From the NCBI GenBank assembly GCA_963850905.1, contig CAWKMU010000004.1, forward strand, positions 128,001-192,000: DNA of 64,000 bases. The letters run 5' to 3'. Every line of letters starts with the position of its first letter. Within the stretch, counting starts at the first letter, position 1. Positions 1-10,541 of this stretch are shown here, piece by piece. This stretch comes from an uncultured Gemmatimonadales bacterium (lineage in GTDB: Bacteria; Gemmatimonadota; Gemmatimonadetes; Gemmatimonadales; Gemmatimonadaceae). The position numbers and the translations under genes are program-made. The notes below the pieces were generated by a model that worked only from the letters and a program-made list of their open reading frames with translations, did not search any database and was not told the origin of the DNA.

Positions 1-56
1 CGTTCGGTCATGGGTGGCTCGCTCCAGGACCACACGCTGGCCGCATGACCACAAGT

Positions 57-1469
57 CTAGCGCTCACGGGCGACGGCCGTGCCGGGATAGTACGTCGCCA
101 GGATCGTCCGGTAGTCCTGCCCCGCACGAGCGCGGCCGATGGCACCCCATTGGCACATCCCGACCCCATGCCCATTGCCTCGACCCTCCAACGTGAGCCC
201 CGCGAGCGAGCCACCGCGAACCGGCTCGTCTCGAATCTGAAAATAGGTACTGTGGAGGATCTCGCCATCGGGCTCGCGCAACACGAATCGGATGTCGTTG
301 CCGCGTACATGATAGGTCCCATGGCTTGTCGAGACAGCGAGCCACGCGACGCGGCCTGATGGTGTGAGCGATTCAATGCTGATGGCCTGCACCGTGCCGA
401 CCCGCCCCGCTGCCGTACTCGAGCTCGTTGCGGCGGCGGCGCCATCGTGACGCGTGGCATACGTGCGCAGGTATCGATCCAGAAGCGTTGCCAACTCGGT
501 CTTCGAGAAGGTGCGGGTCCAGCGGAAGTGCGCCGATCCCTCGCAGTAGTAGTTGTCGGTACCGGGGATCTGATCGCTCACCCGCTGCAAGTACGGGACT
601 GGCGCCTCTCGCCATACTTCCTCGGGTTCGGCGGTCGTGCCACCGCAGGCAGCGTGGTACGGCGCGTTGACGACACGACCGCCGTATGTCAGCACTTCGC
701 CCGCCGTCGCGGCGATCGCCGCATCCGCAGCCGGCGTCTCCGCGGCCAGACCGCCGTACACCTGGTCCGTCACCGTCGCAAGGACATCGAAGCGCGTGCC
801 GCCTGGCGGTCGGTCGGGGTCGTCGAGCCGCACGTAGATGTAGCTGCGTGCCGCGACCGCTTGCGCCTCGAGCGCCGCACGTTCCGGATCGCCCAATGTC
901 GCGCCGATCTCGAGTGGCACGACGCCCCGCAGGTAGTCCTCGACCGGCAGTCGATTCACGACCAACAGTCCCCGCCCGGTTGCATACACGGCAATCGACC
1001 CGCGAAATCCCCGGTCGTTCCAGGTCAGATGCGTGGACGAGTCGGCAGGCTCCGCGATCAGAGGCCCGTCGCGCGTCGCCGACAATCCTCCGTGCGTGCT
1101 GATGTGCACTCGGTCATCCCGCCGCTCGATCGTCCAGGACCCGCGCCCAGTACCGCGAACGACGACGCGACCCGCCCGCGTGACCAGACGCCAGGGCCCG
1201 GTGGCGGACAACTGACCCGACGGCGCAGCGGTCGTGAGCGCGACGCCGACGACTGAAGCGGAGTCGCTTCCAGCCTGACGCCGGTGGCTGGCCACCTCGC
1301 CGGTCGTCGCGACCACATGCGGTGCCGGCGTCGCGGGCGTCGCCGCGCCCGAGCGACACGCAGCAACGAACGTGATGAGGAAGCACGAGATCGAGCGTCG
1401 GACGCGCGGGCGCTCGCAGCGCCACGGCCGAGCCGTGGTGCTGCGCGGCCTACGACGCCGCCGCAACAC
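57..1469 (-). CDS. SpoIID/LytB-domain lytic transglycosylase, probable lipoprotein
   Basis: Motifs VNRLPVEDYLRGVVPLE, ALEAQAVAARSY, DQVYGG, GRGNGHGVGMCQWGA, IL..YYPG; FVAAC lipobox-like; start uncertain. Confidence 0.9.
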   Translation of the reverse strand: MLRRRRRPRSTTARPWRCERPRVRRSISCFLITFVAACRSGAATPATPAPHVVATTGEVASHRRQAGSDSASVVGVALTTAAPSGQLSATGPWRLVTRAGRVVVRGTGRGSWTIERRDDRVHISTHGGLSATRDGPLIAEPADSSTHLTWNDRGFRGSIAVYATGRGLLVVNRLPVEDYLRGVVPLEIGATLGDPERAALEAQAVAARSYIYVRLDDPDRPPGGTRFDVLATVTDQVYGGLAAETPAADAAIAATAGEVLTYGGRVVNAPYHAACGGTTAEPEEVWREAPVPYLQRVSDQIPGTDNYYCEGSAHFRWTRTFSKTELATLLDRYLRTYATRHDGAAAATSSSTAAGRVGTVQAISIESLTPSGRVAWLAVSTSHGTYHVRGNDIRFVLREPDGEILHSTYFQIRDEPVRGGSLAGLTLEGRGNGHGVGMCQWGAIGRARAGQDYRTILATYYPGTAVARER

Positions 1470-2810
1470 GAACCGCGTCGTCGAAGCGCGACAACGTCTC
1501 TGTCAGCTCGGGCGATCCATGTGCGGCGGACATGAACGCAGCTTCGAACGGTGACGGAGCGAGGTAGAGTCCGCGTTCGCGCGCGGCGTGAAACAAGCGA
1601 CGAAAGCGCTCGGCGTCAGCCGTCTGCGCCTCCTCGAACGACGTGGGCAGCGTCTCGCGACAGAAAAAACCCCACATCGACCCGACCGAATCGGCCGCGA
1701 ACGGGAAACCACGGCGTGCGGCGATCTCGCGCAACCCCTTCACCAGCTCGCCCGTTCGCTGCGTGATGCGGTCCTGCAGTGCCGGGGTCAACGCGCGAAG
1801 AGTCGCGAGACCAGCAGCCATGGCGAGCGGATTGCCCGACAGGGTCCCAGCCTGATACACGGGACCTTGTGGCGCGATGCGGTCCATGATATCCCGCCGT
1901 CCCCCATAGGCCGCGACCGGCAGTCCGCCACCGATGACCTTGCCCAGTGCCGTCAGGTCCGCGCGTGACCCCGAAGCGCTCTCGGGCCCCGCCGAGCGCC
2001 ACCCGGAATCCGGTCATCACTTCGTCGAAGATCAGCAGCGCTCCGGTCTCGTCGGCGAGAGCGCGCAGCCCTTCGAGAAAGCCGGCGTTGAGGGCGTATG
2101 AATCCGGCGTTCCCCACGACCGGCTCGACGATAATGGCTGCCAGATCGTCGCGGTGCGGATGGATCGCCTCCCGCGGCACGCTCGAGATCATTGTATGGC
2201 GCGACGAGCGTGAGCGCGGCAAGCGCCGCGGGGACGCCGGGCGAATCCGGCAGGGCCAGCGTGGCGACGCCCGAGCCCGCGCGCACCAGGAACGCGTCCG
2301 CGTGGCCGTGATAGCAGCCATCGAACTTGAGCACGCGCTGTCGGCCCGTGTGCGCGCGCGCGAGACGGAGGAGGCTCATAGTCGCTTCCGTGCCGCTCGA
2401 CACGAAGCGGAGCATGTCCAGGTGCGGCCATCGCTCACGAATGGCCTCGGCCAAGCTCCACCTCGAGCGCGGTCGGGATGCCGAAGCTCGTACCATCCCG
2501 CATCGACGCGGTCGAGCGCATCGAGCACGACCGGGGGCGCGTGCCCGAGCACGAGCGGCCCCCAGGACAGCACGTAGTCGATGTACTCCCGCCCGTCGAC
2601 GTCCCAGATGCGCGCGCCCTCGCCGCGCGCCACCACGAATGGTTCTCCTCCGACACGACCGAACGCCCGCACCGGCGAGTTGACGCCGCCCGGGAACACG
2701 GCCCTCGCCCGCGCCATGATGGCGGCTGATGCGGGCGCGCGACTATCGCGGTGGGACTCGCCGCTGGCCGCGTCGCGAGTCGGCGCGCGGGGGTCGACGC
2801 CGGTGGTCAC
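1450..2810 (-). CDS. hemL: Glutamate-1-semialdehyde 2,1-aminomutase, split over several frames by probable sequencing indels
   Basis: Pieces [81 protein letters not shown] in successive frames; GTG start overlaps rimO stop. Confidence 0.92.
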
Positions 2811-4260
2811 CGCCCGAAGCTTCCTACCGTGGAGGCCATCGTCGCAATCGGTAACATGGGCCGTCGCGTAGCGACCGTAGCCGGCGACGGAACGCTGATC
2901 ACGCGGCGCACAGTCGCGACGAAGTCGTAGTCCTCTACCACACCGTCGACACACACTTCGACGATCGACCCCCCAGGCAGGTCCGAGCGATCGAGAAAGG
3001 TGATGCCATCGATGTCATCAGCCTGACAGGCGAGGCGCGCTCGAGCGCCGGCGCGAGGCGCGCCCCCCGGGTCGCGCGGCCCGGCGTCTGCCGAGTCGAC
3101 GATTGCCTCCGACAGAGTGCCGACCATGGCGTCGTATCGGTCTGCGGTGATCAGGCGTTGTCGCTCGGTCACACGCTCGAGGCGCTCCCGCTTGACCGCT
3201 TCAGGCACATCATCGGCGAGCTGCGCAGCCCGAGTGCCCTCCTGCGCCGAGTACGTGAAGACGCCTACCCGATCGAACTGCGACCTCTTCCAATAGATTC
3301 GAGCAGCTGGCAGAGATCATCCTCCGTCTCGCCAGGGAAGCCGACGATGCAGGTCGTACGCAGCGCGATCCCGGGAACCGTCTCGCGAACCCGCGCCACG
3401 GTCGCGCGGATCGTGGCAGCACGCTCGGGTCGCCGCATGCGCTGCAGCACCGCGTCGGATCCGTGCTGGATCGGCATGTCCAGGTATTTCACGAGTCCGC
3501 GCTCTTGCGCGAGCGCCGCGAGCACCCGGGCATCCGAGGCCCGCCGCATATACGTACAGCAGCCGAATCCATGGAACCGATGGTGTCGGCGACCAGCGCG
3601 TCCAGCAGCTCGGGCAACCCGACCCCGACCCGTAGGTCGCGGCCGTAGTGCGCGAGGTCCTGGGCGACCAGGTTGATCTCTCGCGCGCCCTGCAGCTCCA
3701 GCAGCTGTGCCTCGCGCACGACATCGTCGAGCGCAAACGACCGATGCCGGCCCCGCATGAGCGGAATGGCGCAGAACGCGCAGCCGTGATCGCACCCTTC
3801 ACTGACCTTGAGGTAGCGAACGTGCGGCAGTTCACCCGCGAAGAGCGCGCACCCCGGGGTGGGCTGTCGACGCCGTCGGCGGCAGCCAGCCGCGCTCGAC
3901 GAGTGCCGGCACCAGGGCGGTCGCGTCCGACGTGCCGAGGAAAAGGTCGACTTCGGGTAGCGCCGCTTGCGAGTTCGGCTCGATGCCGTTCGACCATGCA
4001 GCCGACGCGACGACGCCGCGACAGCGACCTCGCCGTTTGAAGCGACCCGCATCCACCAACGCGTCGATCGATTCCCGTTTCGCCGCGTCGATGAATCCAC
4101 AGGTGTTGACGAGGATCACATCGGCCTCGGCGAGGTCCTCGACGGAGCTCGCGCCCTGCGTCGTGAGCTCGGCACGGTAGCGCTCGGTATCGACCGTGTT
4201 CTTGTCGCACCCGAGGCTGATGATCCCGAATGTGGCACGATGTTGGGGCGAACGCGGCAC
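2807..4260 (-). CDS. rimO: Ribosomal protein S12 methylthiotransferase (radical SAM), frameshifted in this assembly
   Basis: [44 protein letters not shown] (CxxxCxxC), [22 protein letters not shown]-terminal TRAM-like ADDIDG in successive frames. Confidence 0.92.
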
Positions 4261-4296
4261 GGCGCGTAAGCTAGCCGCGGCACCAGTGAGGAACCA

Positions 4297-4405
4297 GACG
4301 CAAGACGCTGGACGCTGGACGCTAGAAAGAAACCTCGGGGCGGGCAGTGGTGCACTTCGCCGGCCCCGAGGTTTGTTCAGCGTCCAGCGTCTAGCGTCTA
4401 GCCGT
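4297..4405. repeat. Heptamer-armed hairpin element, copy 1
   Basis: GACGCAA-GACGCTG-GACGCTG-GACGCTA, core AAACCTCGGGGC...GCCCCGAGGTTT, then AGCGTC-CAGCGTC-TAGCGTC; abuts yajQ stop. Confidence 0.9.
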
Positions 4406-4906
4406 TCATCGATAATTCCCGAACTTCAGCTCGACGCCGAAGTCTCGGGCGCGCAGCAGTGCGATGACGTCTTGCAGCTCATCCTTCGACGCGGACGACA
4501 CGCGCACTTGCTCGCCTTGGATCGACGCCTGGACCTTCTTCATCTTGGCGTCCTTGATCACCGCCGCGACCTTTTTGGCCGTCTCGCCGTCCAGCGCGGT
4601 CTTGAGCGTGATCTCGCGGCGGACGGTATCGCCGCCGGCCGGCTTGATCTCGCCCACCGTGAGGTTCTTCACCGAGACGCCCCGTTTGATGAGCTTCTGC
4701 TGCAGCACATCGAAGAGCGCTCGCATGCGAAAGTCGTCATCGGCGACCAGAACGAGCATGTTGCCAGCGCGGTTGTACTCGATGCTGGCCTTGGATCCTT
4801 TGAAGTCGTAGCGCTGGGCGATCTCCTTCTGCGCCTGATTCACGGCGTTGTCCACTTCCTGGAGGTCGACGCCGGTCGTCACATCGAAGGAGCTCGTCGC
4901 CGGCAC
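4406..4906 (-). CDS. yajQ: YajQ-family nucleotide (c-di-GMP)-binding protein
   Basis: SFDV..VDLQEVDNAVNQA.KEI..RYDFKGS, KVQASIQGEQVRV, KDELQDVI, LKFGNYR. Confidence 0.95.
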   Translation of the reverse strand: MPATSSFDVTTGVDLQEVDNAVNQAQKEIAQRYDFKGSKASIEYNRAGNMLVLVADDDFRMRALFDVLQQKLIKRGVSVKNLTVGEIKPAGGDTVRREITLKTALDGETAKKVAAVIKDAKMKKVQASIQGEQVRVSSASKDELQDVIALLRARDFGVELKFGNYR

Positions 4907-4916
4907 GCGGACCAGT

Positions 4917-5774
4917 TCAGCCGAGGTACGACTCGAGAGCCCGTGCACGGCTGACGTGCCGCAGCCGGGAGAGCGCTTTCTCCTTGATTTGGCGCACCCG
5001 CTCACGCGTGATGCCCATCAATGAGCCGATCTGTTCCAGCGTCATCGGCTCCTCGCCATCCAGGCCGAAGTACAGTCGGAGGATCTTCGACTCGCGCTCC
5101 TTGAGGCCCGCCAGTGCTTCCTCGACGGTCTCGGTCAGCGCCTTCTCGAAGGTCTGCTCGTCTGGAGTGGGATTGATGGTGTCGGCGAGGTAGTCGAGCA
5201 AGCGATTGTCCTCGCCCGGCGACATCGGCGCATCCAGAGAGAGGTGCGTCTGAGAGATGGACATCGTCTTGGCGACCTCTTCCTCCGTGATGTCCATGCC
5301 TTCGGCGATCTCTTCGTGCGTGGGCTCGCGGCCGAGCTCCTGGAGCAGGGTGCTGGCCCGCTTCCCGATCCGGTGCAGCGTACCGGCGCGGTTCAGCGGG
5401 ACGCGCACAATGCGGGACTGCTCCGCGAGCGCCTGCAGAATCGCCTGGCGAATCCACCACACGGCGTACGAGATGAACTTGATGCCTTTCGTCTCGTCGA
5501 ATTTGTGCGCGGCGCGGATCAGGCCCAGGTTGCCCTCGTTGATCAGATCCGAGAGGGCCACGCCCTGGTTCTGATACTTCTTCGCCACGGAGACGACGAA
5601 ACGCAGGTTCGACCGGACGAGCTTATCCAGAGCTTCCTGGTCGTTCACCCGGATGCGCTTCGCGAGCTCGACCTCGTCCTCGCGCGTGATCAGCGGGTAG
5701 GCGCTGATGTCGCGCAGGTACTGGTCGAGCGAGCCTTCTTCGTACGACGCCTTCCTGCTCTTCGCCGCTGCCAT
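4917..5774 (-). CDS. RNA polymerase sigma70 factor, RpoD/SigA family, lacking region 1.1
   Basis: NLRFVVSVAKKYQNQG, DLINEGNLGLIRAA.KFD, KFISYAVWWIRQAI, region 4 TRERVRQIKEKAL; ~285 aa. Confidence 0.95.
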   Translation of the reverse strand: MAAAKSRKASYEEGSLDQYLRDISAYPLITREDEVELAKRIRVNDQEALDKLVRSNLRFVVSVAKKYQNQGVALSDLINEGNLGLIRAAHKFDETKGIKFISYAVWWIRQAILQALAEQSRIVRVPLNRAGTLHRIGKRASTLLQELGREPTHEEIAEGMDITEEEVAKTMSISQTHLSLDAPMSPGEDNRLLDYLADTINPTPDEQTFEKALTETVEEALAGLKERESKILRLYFGLDGEEPMTLEQIGSLMGITRERVRQIKEKALSRLRHVSRARALESYLG

Positions 5775-5834
5775 GCCGCTGGCTGCTCCTTGGTGACCCG
5801 ATTGCCATGCCGAGGTCCGAACGACCACGTGCGT

Positions 5835-6626
5835 TTACTCCACCCGCTCGCCGATCCGGTGCCAACGTACGCGTGTCAGAAGCGACACGCGACCCGCGGA
5901 ATCCGGCGCATAGCTGTAATACACGAAGATCGGACGTCCCTCGATCAGCAACGCTGGTACGAAGCCCCAATAGCGGCTGTCGTTCGAGTTGTCGCGGTTG
6001 TCGCCGAGCACGAAATAGCTCTGCTGAGGGACGACCAGCGGCCCCCAGTTGTTTCGCGATGGATGCTCTGCCTCGTCAGTCGCCGCTCCATGTACCACAT
6101 ACGCCCGTTGCCAGCTGAATTCCGGCTCCGCCGGGTCATCCGTAGCTGCTGCAATGTGGACTACATATGGCTCGTTTTGCGGCTTCCCATTGAGGAACAG
6201 CGTGCCTTCACGCATCGCCAGTGTGTCGCCAGGCACACCCACGACTCGCTTAATGAAGTTAGTGTGCGGATCGACCGGCCACCTAAACACGATGATGTCG
6301 CCGCGCTGCGGGTGCTCGAATCCGGGGAGGCGGTGCGCGGTGAATGGCAGGTCCGCCCCAAAGGCCAGCTTGTTGACCAACAGCCGGTCGCCGACGAGGA
6401 GGGTCCGCTCCATGCTGCCCGTTGGAATTCGATAGGCCTCGACGAAGAAGGCCTTCAGCACCAGCCAGATGGCGACGGCGATCACAAATGACTCCGCCCA
6501 GTCGCGAAGCAATCGCCAGCGGATCCCGCCGCGATTGATCCGACGGAGCGCGACCTGGCGTCGCTCTGCGGAATACCCGGCAGATCCCGGCGTTCCGACT
6601 GGATCGGCCGGCGTGCGCTCGGTCAC
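5835..6626 (-). CDS. lepB: Signal peptidase I
   Basis: IPTGSMERTLLVGD, FIKRVVGVPGD, YFVLGDNRDNSNDSRYWGFV. Confidence 0.97.
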   Translation of the reverse strand: MTERTPADPVGTPGSAGYSAERRQVALRRINRGGIRWRLLRDWAESFVIAVAIWLVLKAFFVEAYRIPTGSMERTLLVGDRLLVNKLAFGADLPFTAHRLPGFEHPQRGDIIVFRWPVDPHTNFIKRVVGVPGDTLAMREGTLFLNGKPQNEPYVVHIAAATDDPAEPEFSWQRAYVVHGAATDEAEHPSRNNWGPLVVPQQSYFVLGDNRDNSNDSRYWGFVPALLIEGRPIFVYYSYAPDSAGRVSLLTRVRWHRIGERVE

Positions 6627-6707
6627 ATCCCCTCCTGCAGCCCAATTAACCCGCGGCTTCCCACAACCGCAAGGCGCCGGACCCGCACAGAGACCGACGT
6701 GCCGCGG

Positions 6708-8276
6708 TCAATCCGGCGTGCCCAAATAAGTGTCGATCTGTGCACGCTGCAGCGTTCCGGAGAAGTCGATGTACCCGACTTTGGTTTCCGAGTAGAAGTC
6801 ATACACCTGCCAGCCTCCCTCGCGATGCCCGTTACCCGTTTGCTTGACACCGCCGAAAGGTAAATGCGCTTCCGCGCCAATCGTCGGGGCGTTCACATAC
6901 GTGATCCCAGTATCCAGCTCAGTCAGCGCGCGGAACGAGGCGTTGACGTCTCGGGTGTAGAGAGCCGAGGACAGGCCGTACGCGACGTCGTTGTTCACGG
7001 CGATCGCCTCGTCGAGGGTCGCGACCTGGATGACCGACAAGACCGGCCCGAAGATCTCCTCCTGCTCCACTCGGCTCAGCGGCCGGACATTCGCAAGGAT
7101 CGTTGGCTCGAAGAAGAAGCCGTGGGCGAAGGCGCCGGTCGTCACGGGTCGACCCCCCGTGACCAGGCGCGCGCCCTCGGCATATCCGATCTCGATGTAT
7201 TCCTCGACCTTGGCTCGCGAGGCCGCATGAATCAGAGGCCCCACGTCCGTCCCCTCTTTGCGGCCGTCCCCGAGCCGGAGTGCCTGGACGCGGTCGGTCA
7301 GCCGCTCGAGGAAGGCGTCGTGAATACCGCGCTGGAGGATGAGCCGCGATGTCGCCGTGCACCGCTGCCCGGTCGTCCCGAATGCACCCCATAAGACGCC
7401 CTCGAGCGCGAGATCGAGATCCGCATCATCGAGCACGATCTGGGCGTTCTTCCCTCCCATTTCCAGCGACAATCGCTTGTGCATGCGGCCACACACCTCG
7501 CCGATGCGCCGGCCGGTCTCCGTGGACCCGGTGAACGAGATCACGGGGACCGCCGGATGGCTCACGATCGCCGCGCCAGCCTCTGCATCGCCATGTACGA
7601 GTTGAATGACGTCGGGTGGCAGGCCGGCCTCGAGCAGAATCTCGACAAACACCGTAGCCGTGTGGGGGACGTCTTCCGCCGGTTTGAATACGCACGCGTT
7701 ACCACAGACCAGGGCCGGGAACATCTTCCACGTCGGGATCGCCAACGGAAAATTGAACGGCGTCACGATCCCGCAGACGCCGATCGGGCGCCGGTAGCTC
7801 ATGGCCCACTTGGCTCGCAACTCACTCGGCACCGTGTGGCCGAACAGTTGCCGCCCCATCGTTGCCGCATAGTACGCGGTATCGATGCCCTCCTGCACGT
7901 CGCCTCGCGTCTCGGCGAGCGGCTTCCCCATCTCACGGGTCATGAGGTCCGCCACCTCATCCTTCCGCCGAGTGAGGATGTCGCCCGCGCGGCGGATGAC
8001 ATCGCCGCGCGCAGGTGCAGGCGTGCGCCGCCAGCGCTCGAAGCCGCGCAGCGCAGACTGGACCGCACGATCGACATCGGCGGCGCCCGATCTGGGAAAC
8101 GTGCCGATCACATCCCGTGTGTCGGCCGGATTGATGTTGAGGAACGTCTCCCGGCTGGCCGCGTTCACCCACTGCCCGGCGATGAAGTTCTGAAATGCCC
8201 GCGGACGACGGGTCGCTGCGCGGGATTGCGGCGAGCGTGTCGCTCGGCGCGCTTTAGTTTTCGCGAGTGAGGCCAT
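6708..8276 (-). CDS. Aldehyde dehydrogenase family protein
   Basis: TPFNFP, FTGSTETG, LEMGGKN, GQRCTA, EEIFGPV, PFGGVK. Confidence 0.95.
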   Translation of the reverse strand: MASLAKTKARRATRSPQSRAATRRPRAFQNFIAGQWVNAASRETFLNINPADTRDVIGTFPRSGAADVDRAVQSALRGFERWRRTPAPARGDVIRRAGDILTRRKDEVADLMTREMGKPLAETRGDVQEGIDTAYYAATMGRQLFGHTVPSELRAKWAMSYRRPIGVCGIVTPFNFPLAIPTWKMFPALVCGNACVFKPAEDVPHTATVFVEILLEAGLPPDVIQLVHGDAEAGAAIVSHPAVPVISFTGSTETGRRIGEVCGRMHKRLSLEMGGKNAQIVLDDADLDLALEGVLWGAFGTTGQRCTATSRLILQRGIHDAFLERLTDRVQALRLGDGRKEGTDVGPLIHAASRAKVEEYIEIGYAEGARLVTGGRPVTTGAFAHGFFFEPTILANVRPLSRVEQEEIFGPVLSVIQVATLDEAIAVNNDVAYGLSSALYTRDVNASFRALTELDTGITYVNAPTIGAEAHLPFGGVKQTGNGHREGGWQVYDFYSETKVGYIDFSGTLQRAQIDTYLGTPD

Positions 8277-9621
8277 AACGCTCGATCTTCTTGTAGAGGT
8301 TGGACCGGGGCATCGCGAGCGCACGTGCCGTCTCGGACACATTCCAGTCGAATGCGCGGAGCTTCGCCAGCAGGAAACCACGCTCCGCCTGCGCTTTGAA
8401 CTCTTCGAAGGTCGCACAGGTGGCGAGCGACCCGATGCCGGCCCCATCGTCAGACGGACGCCGCCCGGCCAGCCGCTCGACGTCGGTCACGCTGATCGTC
8501 GGGCCGGCCGCGAGTATGAGGAGCCGCTCAATGGTGTTGCGCAGCTCACGGACGTTGCCCGGCCACTCCAGGCCGGCCAGTGCGCCGACAGCGTCCGGCG
8601 TGATCCCGCGAGGCGCGATGCCGTCCCGCGCCGCCGTGGTCTGCAGGAAATGGCTGACGAGGAGCGGGATGTCCTCTCGCCGCTCGCGCAGTGGCGGCAC
8701 CGAAACCGGGACGACGTTCAACCGGTAATAGAGGTCCTCACGGAACCGCCCGGCAGCGATCTCGCTCTCCAACGCCTTGTTCGTCGCGGCGAGTACGCGC
8801 ACGTCGACGGAGATCGGCTTGGCCCCGCCGATCCGCGTGACGACGCCGTCCTGCAACACCCGGAGCACCTTGGCCTGCGCCGCGGGGCTCATGTCCCCCA
8901 CCTCATCGAGGAAGAGCGTACCGCCGTTGGCCTGCTCGAACTTCCCGGCGCGGTCGCTGACGGCTCCCGTGAAGGAGCCGCGCATGTGGCCGAAGAGCTC
9001 ACTCTCGATCAGCTCACCGGGGATCGCGGCACAGTTCACCTCCACGAACGGTTTGTCGTGACGAGGCGACTGTCGGTGAATGGCGCGAGCGACCAGTTCC
9101 TTCCCAGTGCCGTTCTCTCCGCTGATGAGCACACGCGCCGGTGTGCCCGCGACCTTGTCGATCTTGTCGATCAGCGCGCGAATCACGTACGACTTTCCAA
9201 CGATCTCGTAGCGGGATTCAATGGTCTCGCGGAGCCGGCTGTTTTCTTCGTACAGCTCGAGATGCTGCAGCGCGTTGCGCAGCGTCACCAGAATACGGTC
9301 GGTATCCAGCGGCTTCTCGAGGATATCGTAGGCGCCAAGTTGCGTGGCCTCGACGGCCGTCTGAATCGTGGCGTGCCCACTGATCATCACGACCGCGACC
9401 GAACGATCGGCCTCGCGAATGCGCTTGAGCGCCTCGAGGCCGTCCATCCCCGCCATCTTCACATCGAGAAAGACCAGATGGGGGTGCCAGGCGCCGACCT
9501 GCGTGATGCCGTCAGCCGCGTTCGTGGCCGTGCGCACGCTGTACCCCTCGTACTCGAGCAATTGCCCCAGCGCGCCCCGCACGCCGGGCTCATCGTCAAC
9601 CACGAGCACGCGTCGCGTCAT
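8254..9621 (-). CDS. Sigma54-dependent response regulator (REC-AAA+-HTH, NtrC/NtrX-like)
   Basis: VLVVDDE, GENGTGKE, ESELFGH..GSFTGA, WPGNVRELRN, Fis-type HTH. Confidence 0.95.
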   Translation of the reverse strand: MTRRVLVVDDEPGVRGALGQLLEYEGYSVRTATNAADGITQVGAWHPHLVFLDVKMAGMDGLEALKRIREADRSVAVVMISGHATIQTAVEATQLGAYDILEKPLDTDRILVTLRNALQHLELYEENSRLRETIESRYEIVGKSYVIRALIDKIDKVAGTPARVLISGENGTGKELVARAIHRQSPRHDKPFVEVNCAAIPGELIESELFGHMRGSFTGAVSDRAGKFEQANGGTLFLDEVGDMSPAAQAKVLRVLQDGVVTRIGGAKPISVDVRVLAATNKALESEIAAGRFREDLYYRLNVVPVSVPPLRERREDIPLLVSHFLQTTAARDGIAPRGITPDAVGALAGLEWPGNVRELRNTIERLLILAAGPTISVTDVERLAGRRPSDDGAGIGSLATCATFEEFKAQAERGFLLAKLRAFDWNVSETARALAMPRSNLYKKIERYGLTREN

Positions 9622-10301
9622 GGCATGGTTCGATAGATGGCCACCCTGTCGCTTACGAGACGGATGTCGGCTACGTACTGGGGCACGTTGAGGAGCAGCG
9701 CGTCCGATGCGAGTCCTGCGGGATGTTGGCCGATCTCCACCTTGTGGACCAGACTCGGGATGAGGGGAGTTGGCACAGCCAGCCCGTGGACCGACAGCTC
9801 CTGAACGTGGAACTCGGCGACCCCCGGTCGCACAACGTCAAAGGTACCTGAAAGGGTAAGCGGCTCGCGGTCAGCGAGCATTCCCCCTATCGGCCCGAAC
9901 GCCGTGCGCCCACCCAGCGCCTTGATGTCGAGCGACATGCGAAGCGCGAACGCGTGGTCGACGACTGCCGCTTCAGTGCTGTCCTGCGGCGGGGGTACGT
10001 GGCCGGCGACGTCCATCAGCATGAACGCGCCGAAATCCGCAGGGAGGACCATTGTATACGGCGGTGCCCCCCGATCGCCCAGGGCGAGAATGAGTCGCTC
10101 GGCATGTGACGCCCCTCCAAGGGTGACCGGTCGCCATGCGACCGTCCCACTCGTCGAATCTGTAGCCGGGACCTGTCGTTCGCTGGGGAGCCAGTGCCGG
10201 ACACGGGGAAGGTACACACCCCACTGGTCGCGCGTGAGCCAGACGGCGACCCCCAGTAGGAGCAGGAAGAAGAAGCATCCCAATCGTCGGGCACAGCCCA
10301 C
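9618..10301 (-). CDS. Hypothetical protein with N-terminal membrane anchor
   Basis: 227-aa ORF overlapping the next gene (ATGA); hydrophobic N-terminus. Confidence 0.75.
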   Translation of the reverse strand: MGCARRLGCFFFLLLLGVAVWLTRDQWGVYLPRVRHWLPSERQVPATDSTSGTVAWRPVTLGGASHAERLILALGDRGAPPYTMVLPADFGAFMLMDVAGHVPPPQDSTEAAVVDHAFALRMSLDIKALGGRTAFGPIGGMLADREPLTLSGTFDVVRPGVAEFHVQELSVHGLAVPTPLIPSLVHKVEIGQHPAGLASDALLLNVPQYVADIRLVSDRVAIYRTMP

Positions 10302-10304
10302 GCC

Positions 10305-10541
10305 TCAGCGACCCTCGATGATGAGCGCGACACGCGCAATACCCCGCGCGCGTCCCATCTCGAGCGCCGCGCGCCGCACCTCCTGATCGGCGAAGCGATC
10401 CGCCGATTGGTCATCGGCCGGCATCACCAGCGCGACGGCATCACGGACGTCGACGCCGCAGGTAATCCCAAGGCCGGCCAAATCGCTCGCGAAGCTGCGG
10501 CCGGACTCTCCCGACACGGCCGACAGGTGCTCATGCCGCAT
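10305..10541 (-). CDS. Small hypothetical protein
   Basis: Fills the gap between larE and the next gene on the same strand with tight spacing. Confidence 0.6.
   Translation of the reverse strand: MRHEHLSAVSGESGRSFASDLAGLGITCGVDVRDAVALVMPADDQSADRFADQEVRRAALEMGRARGIARVALIIEGR

Noticed and set aside
1..11. Start of another minus-strand gene (ATG at 11)
   Set aside because: Only three codons lie in the window; it cannot be assigned.
1450..4260. hemL/rimO as true pseudogenes or programmed frameshifts
   Set aside because: All motifs intact, no slippery sites recognised, and indels are clustered; assembly error is more likely.
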